From assembly GCA_951406725.2 (NCBI GenBank), contig OX597829.1, positions 54,064,001 to 54,128,000 of the forward strand: a stretch of 64,000 bases of DNA. The letters are read 5' to 3'. Numbering within the stretch: position 1 is the first letter of the stretch; each line of letters opens with the position of its first letter. This stretch comes from Octopus vulgaris (lineage: Eukaryota). Below the pieces are notes generated by a model that saw only the letters and a program-made list of their open reading frames with translations, was not told the origin of the DNA and made no database searches. Made by a program: the position numbers and the translations under genes. Shown here in pieces: positions 53,637 to 64,000 of this stretch.

Positions 53637-54021
53637 CCCTTTTGTTACCAACTGGCTCTGTCTTGTTTTCAAAAGTCCTGAATTAAAATATTTTACTAAA
53701 TTCTTTGTTATATTTAAAATTAATTGAAAGAAACACAGAGCATCTCAACAGAAATATGGTAACAAAAGGGTTAAAATATATAATAGAGAAACAATTCTTA
53801 ACCCTTTTGATAACAACCCAGCTGAAACTGCCTCTGGCTCTGAGTATAAAAGTCTTGTTTTCATAAGTTTTGAATTAAAATCTTCCACCAAACCTTAGTC
53901 ACAATTTATGTTCCTAACACTAGCTGAATGATAACTAAGTTATTTTACTAAATTCTTTGTTATATTTAAAGTAATTGAAAGAAACACAAAGCATCTCAAC
54001 AGAAATATGGTAATGACAGGG
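53637..54021. mobile_element. two adjacent piggyBac-like MITEs (53637-53770 and 53802-54021)
   Basis: TTAA|CCCTTT...GGG|TTAA ends; the first is an internally deleted version of the second. Confidence 0.8.
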
Positions 54022-54722
54022 TTAAACAACTGAAAATGTAACCAAAATATACAAAGAAATGAACAACAATGTTTTAGAAGATGAATTGTTTGTTATTTCG
54101 GTGACACGTTAAATTTCAATGAAAATTTAAAAATAAATTGTAAAGAAAAAACAAACTATTCAAGCAACATTAGTGTTTGGTTTGGAATAAATGATCCATG
54201 CTACTGTAGTTGTATTTGGAACCAATGGTGTATAACATCTGACAGTCTGGTTGATACAGCAACATTAACTAACTTTGGGTACCTTGTTATAAACTCATAA
54301 CAAACCAGTTTGACATTCAATCTATGACTTACAATCAAGAATCAAATCTGTCCTTTCAACAATTACTCCTTTATAAACTAAGTAAAGGTGCATGGCTTAG
54401 TGGGTAGGGTATTCGGTTCACAATCGACAGGTTGTGAGCTCAATTCCTGGCAGTTCATTGTATCCTTGAGCAAGACACTTTATTTCACATTTCTCCAGTA
54501 GTACCTGTATTTCAAAGGGCCGGTTTTGTCACATTCTGTGTCACACTGAATCTTGTTGAGAACTACGTTATGGGTACACGTGTCTGTGGAGTTCTCAGCC
54601 ACTTGCACATTAATTTCACAAGCAGGCTGTTCCGTTGATTGGATCAACTGGAACCCACATCATCGTAAGCGATAGAGTGCCTTTTTATTAGCATTTTTTC
54701 TCTCTTTGTTTTTTCTGTATCC

Positions 54723-54758
54723 CTTTCTGTAGAAGAGCGTAGGCTCGAAACGTAAAAG
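54723..54758 (+). ncRNA. minimal hammerhead-like motif, A6U variant
   Basis: cttt-CTGTAGA-a-gagc-gtag-gctc-GAAA-cg-TA-aaag, with perfect 4-bp stems I and II, within a short element 54690-54850 ending in (TA)n. Confidence 0.65.
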
Positions 54759-56308
54759 ACTTTTTCTATTCCTGAGCGTTATACTAATACATCTGTTTGT
54801 TTTCTACACCACCTGTCTTCGTCTTTTGTTTATTTCATAAACTCTCCCTATATATATAAACTACATTATTTCATGAAACTAGTTTTGTTTCCAGACGTGA
54901 GTAAAAAATTATTTCTCATTGGATTTGTTACTACATGACATAACCTTCTTTTGAGTTCTAATACTGTTCCACAACAATGTAAAGAATGTTATCATACTTC
55001 ACTTGACACTGTGTGGAATGGGCTCCCTGTTAACAGGTCACTTATAATAAATAAAGCGTTAAACATTTAAATTATGCAAATTAGTTCAGTAGCTGTAGTT
55101 CATTGAAATTACTGTATTCATTGTGTATCTAAACAAATTCACAGCAGATTCACAGCCTATTTCTCTGGGATTTGCCAAGTGATGTAGACACCTGATGAGG
55201 TGCCAATAATGATTGATAATCAATAAAGGTTGTTCATCAATATCTCAATCTGTGGAAAAGTGGTTAAATATGTTTGTACGTTTGCTACTTAGGTTTACAT
55301 ATAGAATAAGTAACCATGGAAATTGAGAAAACATCTGAAGTGGATATGACACTTGACCTGAAGCACCCGTTAATTTCTTTAATTACTTGCTGGTCATTCC
55401 CCCACCCCCACTACCACCACACACACACACACACAATTTCTTTTGACTGTAGACTTATTTCATGATTTTTATTAATTGCCAGTATATCTAGGCTATAGAA
55501 ATCTTGTGTGTGATTAAGATAAGACTTCTTCAACAGATAGATTATTTATCAAGGACACACAGTTTTTTTTTTTTCTTCAGAAATGATAAAAGCCATTGTT
55601 AGTAGAATACCTGTAGCTAATATAGAGACTATAAAATATGGCAGGTGTGATGGTTTATGGTAGCAACAGTAATGTTCCTGAATGGGGATTGGTGATGGTT
55701 GAATTATCAAAAATGAAATAATGGTTAGTGGTGGTGACACCTGAGTTAGTAGTTATTCATAGTAGCATCAGTGGACAATAAAGATTAGTGTTAATGGTAC
55801 TTTTTCACAGTAGTTGTAGGCTGTGGTTGTGTAGAGGTAGTAGTGTAATAGTGGTTGTAATGTTGTGGTGCATCTGAGCACTAAGACAAGACAGATAGAA
55901 GTGCGAGTTCACATTGGTATTAAAAGATAAAAATAACAGAAACTTAGAGAGCTAAATCCACCTGCATTCAATTAATTAGTTACTTTCAATATGTCCAAAA
56001 AAAAAAAAATGAAAATATCATGTATTGCCACATAAAAAGAAAATAAAAATTTGCAGCTCATTTTTGAGCTGATATATACTCTTTACTCTTTACTCTTTTA
56101 CTCTTTTCAGTCATTTGACTGTGGCCATGCTGGAGCACCGCCTTTAGTCGCACAAATCGACCCCGAGGACTTATTCTTTGTAAGCCTAGCAGTATAACAG
56201 TCTTGTTTGCCAAACTGCTAAGTTATGGGGACGTAAACACACCAGCATCGGTTGTCAAGCGATGTTGTGGGGACAAACACAGACACACAAACACACACAC
56301 ACACACAC

Positions 56309-56348
<40 letters not shown>

Positions 56349-56416
56349 AAAGAATATATATTCTTTATACATATATTATTGCGGCGTAACGTACACCTTG
56401 TTCTCTTATATGTATG

Positions 56417-56476
<60 letters not shown>

Positions 56477-57122
56477 GACAGGCTTCACTCACAAGGCTTT
56501 GGTTGATCCAAGGCTATAGTAGAAGACACTTGCCCAAGGTGCCATGCAGTAGGACTGAACCCGGAACCATGTGGTTCGTAAGCAAGCTACTTACCACACA
56601 GCCACTCCTACATAACTGATACATAATATATTTCTATAAGAGTGTCTCTAAGTGGTCACTTGGTTTGGTAGAATTAGCAGCCAAATCTCTTTCAAAATCA
56701 TATCTTGGTGTTTTAAAAAAAAGCGGGAACATATACATTGGGTAATACATCTCTAAATACTCTCTGTCAAAAAGAACAAGATGGTCATGGTTGGAGTGCC
56801 TTAATCGTAGGTCTATTCAATCAGTACTAATCTGAGGTTAAACAACAACAGCAACTCTTGATAAATTTTTTTTGCCTCTGTGGGTGTGGGTGTAGGTGGG
56901 GTGGGGGTATGAGAGAAATACTGAGAAAAAATTGAAAATGTGTCAGAATTTTTATAAATGTATATATTGTGTAATTTAACTTTTTAGCATAAGTGGAAAA
57001 TTATTTTATTCTATATGTTTATATATATATATGGAAAATAAAAATATAAAGATATGTTTCTATAGATAAATGTTCTCATATCATAGTTCAGCTAAAAATA
57101 TATTGGTATATGTATTCTTGTA

Positions 57123-58170
57123 ATGCCTGTAATATTTGTATCTTCTGTTTATATACGTTCATGTAATTTGTTTTTGTTGTTGTTGTTTTTGTTTATTCTT
57201 ATTTTGTTCATGTGTTTACATCCACTTATTATTATCATTACATATGCTTGTATGTATGTATGTATGTATAACAACAATACTAGTAATAATAATAATAAAT
57301 CGGAAAAAAAAAATAGTTATTTATTTCTATTTGTTTATTTATCTGTGTATTTATTATGTTTTCGGAATCCTCTATCGTCATATGTTGTGATGTGTGCTAG
57401 TGCTCCATTCTAGTTTTCTATTCAGGCTAGGTTTATTTTCTATTATGTGTGTAGCTTCTGTAATTTATCTGATTGTTGCATCTGTTCTATGTGTGGTCAA
57501 TATTTTAATTTCTATGTTGTTGATTGATCCCCCGTGTTCCTGTTCGGCGTGTTGGTACAGAATCGATGAGCTTTTACCTTCCTTGAGTTGTCTCCAATGT
57601 TCATTTACCCGCTCTCCTATGCTTCTTGCCGTTTCCCCTACGTATGTCGTTGTCTTGTTACTGCATCGTCCCTCTATACATCTTATACTATAGACTACAT
57701 TATTATTACTAGTATTGTTGTTATACATACATACATACAAGCATATGTAATGATAATAATAAGTGGATGTAAACACATGAAAAAAATAAGAATAAACAAA
57801 AACAACAACAACAACAACAAAAACAAATTACATGAACGTATATAAACAGAAGATACAAATATTACAGGCATCCCCCCACATACACACACTAAATAAACAT
57901 AGACGCACATAGAGATATAAGCACACGTAAATGAAGACATACAATAGAAATACATAATGGCTGACGGTTAGTAAGGAGAGACACACAAATAAGAAAGAAG
58001 AAAACAAAGGACCACTGATTCGGTCACAGGAGTGTGACGAAAGAACTTTGGCCGAAATAAGATTAAGACTAATGTAAAAAATAAATATCACTGAAGCAAA
58101 ATAACACCAAATATATAGTGCATGTGTTTTTATTGGCTAAACTGGCAAAATGACCATTCCGAAATACAAC
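57123..58170 (-). mobile_element. 5'-truncated Penelope-like element: GIY-YIG endonuclease fragment between inverted pseudo-LTR segments
   Basis: NVVYSIRCIEGRC...YVGETARSIGERVNEH...LYQHAEQEH...IR*ITEATHIIENKPSLNRKLEW (about 57701 down to 57378); inverted arms 57123-57293 and 57699-57871. Confidence 0.85.
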
Positions 58171-58270
58171 AATATATATATATATAAAATTAATTAAGGG
58201 TAGAAATTGATATTAGTCAATTAAAACCAGTGGTCTAGCATATTAAAAAGAATCCGAAGATTAAAATATT

Positions 58271-58494
58271 TATATATACCAATTAAGGACTGAACACGAA
58301 AAGTGGACAGTCAACATGCTAGATATAGATGTCAAATCGCCATTCTCCACAAAGATTATGTTCTCAAATAAAACTCAGCACAAAACCTGAGTTTTATTTG
58401 AGAACATAGTCTTTGTGGAGAATGGTGATTTGACGTCTATATCTAGCATGTTGACTGTCCACTTTTCGTGTTCAGTCCTTAATTGGTATATATA
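58271..58494. repeat. 108-bp-arm palindrome (8-nt loop) in a (TA)n tract
   Basis: Arms 58271-58378 and 58387-58494; three mismatches seen. Confidence 0.9.
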
Positions 58495-58746
58495 TATATA
58501 TATATATATCAGGATGAATTGATCTCCATAAAAGCATAATCCATTTTAACATCAAATCTGCTTCATTTCATTCATTTGATAGAATTTATTGAACTTTGTT
58601 TAATAAATTAACTCTGATATTGATTATTTCTTTACACACATGCATATATATGACACCAATTTATTTATAATAGATGAAAAAAATTATTGTAATGCAATTT
58701 TTTAGTATTTTGAGAAATTCAAGAAAATATTTTCTTTTAATTACAG

Positions 58747-58898
58747 CAACAAAGAAAGAATTATCATTGTTGGATCACACTCGCATAAAGTGAGTGCAGT
58801 TGTTGCCAGTTCTGGTCAGTTGTTGTGGGAAACCCTTCTAGCTGACCGTGTTGAGAGTTCGGCTTGTGTTTCATCATGTGGTCAACATATAGTAGTCG
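58747..58898 (+). CDS. AASDH: AASDH internal exon (PQQ-type beta-propeller)
   Basis: ttacag acceptor, gtatgt donor. SNKERIIIVGSHSHKVSAVVASSGQLLWETLLADRVESSACVSSCGQHIVVG; phase-2 junction matches the exon ending at 15771. Not in the ORF track. Confidence 0.93.
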
Positions 58899-58943
58899 GT
58901 ATGTAAACATGACTTAAAATTTGTGAAGATTTATTTTTCTTAA

Positions 58944-59498
58944 CTCTTTAGCATTTAAACCAACCATATTCACTTCTAGCCTTTCATCCTTTCAAGGTCG
59001 GTATATTAAGTACCAGTTACGTACTGGGGTTGATCTAATCAACTGGCCCCCTCCCCAAAATTTCAGGCCTCGTCTCTAGAGTAGAAAAGAATGTTCTGTT
59101 TTATGTTCAAATTAACCATATCTGGCCTCTCACACCTACCCTTCAATATCATTCTAAAAATAAATAATCACTTCATCAAGATTTCAAAACTATAAGATAA
59201 TCTTTTCTACATTAGGCACAATGCCTGAAATTTTTGGAGAGGGGGCCAGTCGATTAGATTGACCACAGTACTGAACTGGTACTTAATTTATCGACCCTGA
59301 AAGGATGAAAGGCAAAGTCAACCTTAGCAGAATTTGAACTCAGAACGTAAAGACAGGCGAAATACTACTAAGCATTTCACCCTGCATGCTAACATTTCTG
59401 TCAGCTCACCGCCTTGCTATAAGATAATATATGATTAATTCAAAACAACATGAAAATATAAGCATTAGATTTGACAGAGTAATCTGAATGTTAAAGGG
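58944..59498. mobile_element. piggyBac-like MITE with two nested family B SINEs
   Basis: TTAA|CTCTTTAGCATTTA...TGAATGTTAAAGGG|TTAA. A reverse-orientation piece of the same family lies at 1-178. Confidence 0.7.
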
Positions 59499-60292
59499 TT
59501 AATAATGGTAATTTGTAGAAAGAGATATGAGAGTGATTTTGGAAGGATGGCGTACAGGCAGTTGTTAGTTGTTTTGACCTTGAATGTTACTGTTACTTAT
59601 TTTATCAAACTTGAAGAAGAAAATGTCAAACTTTGTACCAATAGAATTCAAAGTCAATTCTGGAAAATCAAAATTAGTCTCAATAGAATTTATAATCAGT
59701 TCTGAGTCAATTATTTCATTTCGTTGCAACACTAAGTTACAGGACACACACGCAGGTACTAGTTCCTTTTTCTTGTTTTTCAAACACTGCTTATGCAAAG
59801 ACAGACATTCATGTGCCTGCAAAGACTGTCTATGATACTCTACACAGGAAGGGCTGTCCTGATGGCACACCAAACCCAGAAAGTATTCTCATCTTTAGAA
59901 ATAAAGAATAGTAGTAGAACATTTCAATGAAAGTAGGAACTGAATATAAGAATAATAGGGTATATGTTGTTATGTCAAGGAGCAAAAGTTGTTCACCGTT
60001 GTAGGGATCAATTGATCAACTGACCAGCAGATGTGAATGTTTCATCAAAAGTAGGAAAAAAGGTGAACATTTATTCTTTTATTCTTTTCAGTCATTTGAC
60101 TGCAGCCATGCTGGAGCATCGCCTTTAGTCGAACAAATCGTCCCCAGGATTTATTCTTTGTAAACCTGGTACTTATTCTATTGGTCTCTTTTGCCAAACC
60201 ACTACGTTACAGCAATGTAAACATACCAGCAACAATTGTCAAGCAATGTTGGGGGGCAACAAACACAGACACACAAATACACACACACAGAC

Positions 60293-60333
<41 letters not shown>

Positions 60334-60665
60334 CTGGCTTCTTTCAGTTTCCGTCTACCAAATCTACTCACAAGGTTTTGGTTGACCCAAGACTATAGTA
60401 GAATACACTTGCTCAAGGTGCCACACAGTAGGACTGAACTCAGAACCATGTGGCTGGTAAGCAAGCTACTTACCACACATCCACTCCTGCCCTATAGAGC
60501 CACGCCTGCATCTGTATGGGGAATTGATGAGAAACCTATTGCTCATTACATTGTCGCTTTTGATTTTACTTGTTAGTTGTTATCATAAGTGCACTGGGTT
60601 ACATGGCAACAGATCAGGTTAGAAACCGAGAAATGCTTGGATTCTCAAAATAATAATAATAATAA

Positions 60666-60965
60666 TCATCATCGTTTAACGGCCGTTTTCCATGCTAGCA
60701 TGGGTTGGACGATTTGACTGAGGTCTGGCGAAACAGATGGCTGTACCAGACTCCAATCTTGATCTGGCAGAGTTTCTACAGCTGGATGCCCTTCCTAACG
60801 CCAACCACTCCGAGAGTGTAGTGGGTGCTTTTACATGCTACCGGCACGAGGGCCAGTCAGGTGGTACTGGCAATGACCTTGCTCGAATGGTGCTTTTTAT
60901 GTGCCACCTGCACAGGTGCCAATCCAGTAACACTGGCAACGACCTCGCTCGAATGTTTTTCACCA
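60666..60965 (-). mobile_element. RTE-LINE 3' UTR fragment
   Basis: Same tail family. Confidence 0.8.
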
Positions 60966-62161
60966 CAGACCAGACTAATATGCATTCTACCTTGCTTGGA
61001 GGTACAGTGAAAATTAGTAAAACATTTCTGGAATTTTCCATTTGATATTCCTAGGCGAATGTATGCATACTATCATAAAATACATGTGGGGTACATGCGT
61101 ACGCACATAAACAGCAATGAAACATATTTGTGTTCTGTCATGAGATGCATATGTATGTCTATAAATTTATCCTACATCCACACAATTATGCACAACATGT
61201 ATATATATATATATATATATGCATACATCAACTACTTCAAGTAACCAAAAACCCCAAAGCTGCCTTGACTTAAATAAAAGAGTCTCATCTCTTTGTTAGT
61301 GACTGGTTTGAATTCTGTAATGATAAAAGCTTTAAATAAATCAAAAAGGAACATACATGTATGTATGTATACACACCACATACACACTACATACACATGT
61401 GCATGCATATATACATGCATATTATCATCATCATCATCATTATTATTTGCCATCCATGCTGACAGGAGTTGGACAGTTTGACATACTCATACACACCACT
61501 CAAACACATATACATACATGAACATATGCACACATACATGTACATACACACACACACACATATTCACACCATATAATAACACATACATACCACACATACA
61601 CACATATATGTATACTCATACACACCATACATACATACATACATACATGCATACATATATATGCATACACATATGTATACACACACACATTCACACCATA
61701 CAATAGCACATACATACACACATACATGCATGCATGTATACACACACACACACACACACACACACGTAATCAAAATTTAGCTTAAGTGATGATTACATTT
61801 AGATGCACAGCTGCTGATTCAAGAATTATTTCAATTAATTTCACTCATCATCATCATCATCGTCATCATCATCATCTCCACTTGATGGTATTAAGGTAGA
61901 TTAATACCATCGTTGCCTAATAAGCCAATGAACGATGAAACCGAGAGTCGTAATGTGATGAACGACTAATCCAGATTTTGGATAAAATTGTTAAACTTTA
62001 CATTTTTATAGAAATTTCTCTAATGTCCAAAATTACTTTACTCGATATTATATATGCATTTGTGTGTGTGTACGTATGTATTTATGAATATATACGTATA
62101 TGTGTGTGTGTGTAAATGTGTGTGTTTATATAGATATAAGTGTGTGTGTGTGTATATATAT

Positions 62162-62680
62162 ATCATCATTATCATCGTTTAACGTCCGTTCTCCATGCTA
62201 GCATGGGTTGGACGGTTCGACCGGAGATCTGGGAAGCCAGAAGGCTGCACCAGGCTCCAGTCTTATCTGGCAATGTTTCTACAGCTGGATGCCCTTCCTA
62301 ACGCCAACCACTCCGTGAGTGTAGTGGGTGCTTTTTACGTGCCACCTGCACAGGTGCCAGGTGAGGCTGGCAATGGCCACAGTCGGATTGGTGCATTTTA
62401 CGTGCCACCGGCATGGAAGCCAGTCGAGACGGCACTGGCATCGGCCACGATTTGGATGGTGCTTTTTACGTGCCACCGGCGCTGTCCACTTTCCATGCTG
62501 GTATGTGTTGGACGGTTTGACAGGGAACTAGTAGACTGCAAGGCTGTGTCGAGCTCCATTTTCTATGGCATGGTATCTACACTTGGATGCCCTTCCTAAT
62601 GCCAACTACTTTACAGAGTATATTGGGTGCTTTTTCATGCCACTGGCACCAGTGTGGTTGCCATATAACTTGCAGGACTG
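62162..62680 (-). mobile_element. RTE-LINE 3' UTR fragments
   Basis: A younger tail copy abutting an older one. Confidence 0.78.
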
Positions 62681-62903
62681 AAAAGAGCCGAGAAATAGAA
62701 GAACAAAAGGGAGCAAAAAATTCCCACTTCTAAGAAGTATTTGGGAGTGTGTGTGTGTGTGTGTGCATGAATTTATGTAAATATATGCATACATATATAT
62801 GTGTCCTTGTGTGTGTGTGTGTATGTATGTATGGATGGATGGATCGATGGATGGACGGACAGACGGACGGACATTATATTTTAGTGTTAATGTTTCATTG
62901 CAG

Positions 62904-63067
62904 GTTGCTATGATGGCTGCGTTTACGTATTACAAACAGCAACTGGTGACATAGTATGGACGTTTTCAACAAGTGACATTGTGAAAAGTTCACCCGTTGT
63001 CGACCCTGTGACCTCTTATGTTTGGTTTGGTTCCCACGACAGAAATATATACTCTCTTGATATTCAG
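62904..63067 (+). CDS. AASDH: AASDH internal exon (PQQ-type beta-propeller)
   Basis: cattgcag acceptor, gtaaac donor. GCYDGCVYVLQTATGDIVWTFSTSDIVKSSPVVDPVTSYVWFGSHDRNIYSLDIQ. Not in the ORF track. Confidence 0.93.
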
Positions 63068-63270
63068 GTAAACAAAACTCCAGGTGGATTCCTTATTGTT
63101 TAACACCATTATTTTGCATATTGATACATCAATACTGTTTTCATTGTGTGTACGCTTTTGCCTTAGGTGTTTCCTTGTTGTGTTGTGATTGTCAAGAAGA
63201 GGGAAGCTTGGTGAGAAAGAAGCAAACCACAGGTCTCGTATCCTGAATACTCATTCTTTAATCAAATGTA

Positions 63271-63605
63271 CAGAGTGTGATGGATAAATTGCCACCATTT
63301 TATATTTTTAATTTTGCACATGTGCATTGTTTTTGATTTTGTCAACTACACAGTATAGTAGGGTCTGTGGGGCACTGTCTGTGAGAAAAACAGCACCATG
63401 ATGCACTTCACTCTGCCACAAATTTGGAAACAACATGTATTGCTTGGCTTGCATGCCAGAAGATCTGATATGGATATTTCAGAGTGATTGGTGTCAATCT
63501 GAGGACACTGCATGTACTGAGAGTGATAAAAATCAAACATCCAGTCAACATCATGGTGTTTGGAGTGATCACTAGTGATGGCAACATTATACCTCCATCC
63601 ATTTT
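63271..63605 (+). mobile_element. deleted maT/DD37D-like transposon fragment
   Basis: TA|cagagtgtgatggataaattg end; KHPVNIMVFGVITSDGNIIPP transposase motif. Confidence 0.6.
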
Positions 63606-63789
63606 TACTTTTACACCAAATAAACAGCAACATGTTATATTAAAAGTGGGTGAAACAGGGTTGAATTAATGAGATACTGCTTGTAAAATTACAAAACCAG
63701 TTAATATAACCAAATATGCAACAAAACCCCAATATTCCAAGTGTAAACATTGATATATAAACCATAATATAAACCACAACCAATATGTA

Positions 63790-64000
63790 TCAGGTTGTCC
63801 CATAAATAATGCAGCTTTTTTTTATACTTCTTTTATTTTTTAAAATTAAGATAAATAAACTTCCTTTTTAATCTAAATTATACTCTCCATTTTCTATAAT
63901 GCTCTTCTCTGGTAGACTTACAAGACCCCTCTTCCAAAATTCACTTGTCCGTGACGAAAAACACTTCTCCAGTACTGTTCTGACTTCGTCTACAGAATTC
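63790..64000 (-). mobile_element. mariner 3' end (continues beyond the window)
   Basis: TA|tcaggttgtccc TIR; the - strand reads NSVDEVRTVLEKCFSSRTSEFWKRGLVSLPE. Confidence 0.75.

Noticed and set aside
55187-55290. acac-CTGATGA-gg hammerhead 5' half
   Set aside because: No convincing GAAA-stem III-stem I' could be assigned downstream.
57465-57467. In-frame stop in the GIY-YIG domain as possible selenocysteine recoding
   Set aside because: The codon is TAA rather than TGA, and no SECIS was recognised; a simple nonsense mutation is more likely.
59565-59873. 102-aa Cys/His-containing ORF on the - strand (possible nested gene)
   Set aside because: No ATG start, no recognisable domain, and no convincing splice partners.

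Overview
AT-rich, microsatellite- and transposon-dense animal genomic DNA. It is most likely a coleoid cephalopod (Octopus-like), inferred from the SINE/RTE-LINE repertoire and the giant introns. The only host gene I can support is the middle part of AASDH (beta-alanine-activating enzyme / ACSF4; adenylation, phosphopantetheine-carrier and PQQ-type propeller domains) on the + strand. Seven GT-AG exons splice in frame: 350-459, 2050-2222, 6114-6327, 9831-9922, 15134-15771, 58747-58898, 62904-63067. One intron is about 43 kb, and both ends of the gene lie outside the window. The introns hold RTE LINEs (the best-preserved RT has a PHD-type zinc finger inserted), a CR1-like LINE, three tRNA-derived SINE families, Tc1/mariner/maT relics, piggyBac-like MITEs and a non-autonomous Helitron. 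The most interesting signal is a set of short, mostly (TA)n-embedded elements, many of them long inverted repeats. These repeatedly carry minimal type I hammerhead-ribozyme motifs (about 15 complete, variant or partial motifs from several unrelated families), often at or near the centre of symmetry. One brackets a Penelope-type GIY-YIG endonuclease fragment, which suggests they are Penelope-like pseudo-LTR relics. All calls were made by eye; no database search or folding program was run.
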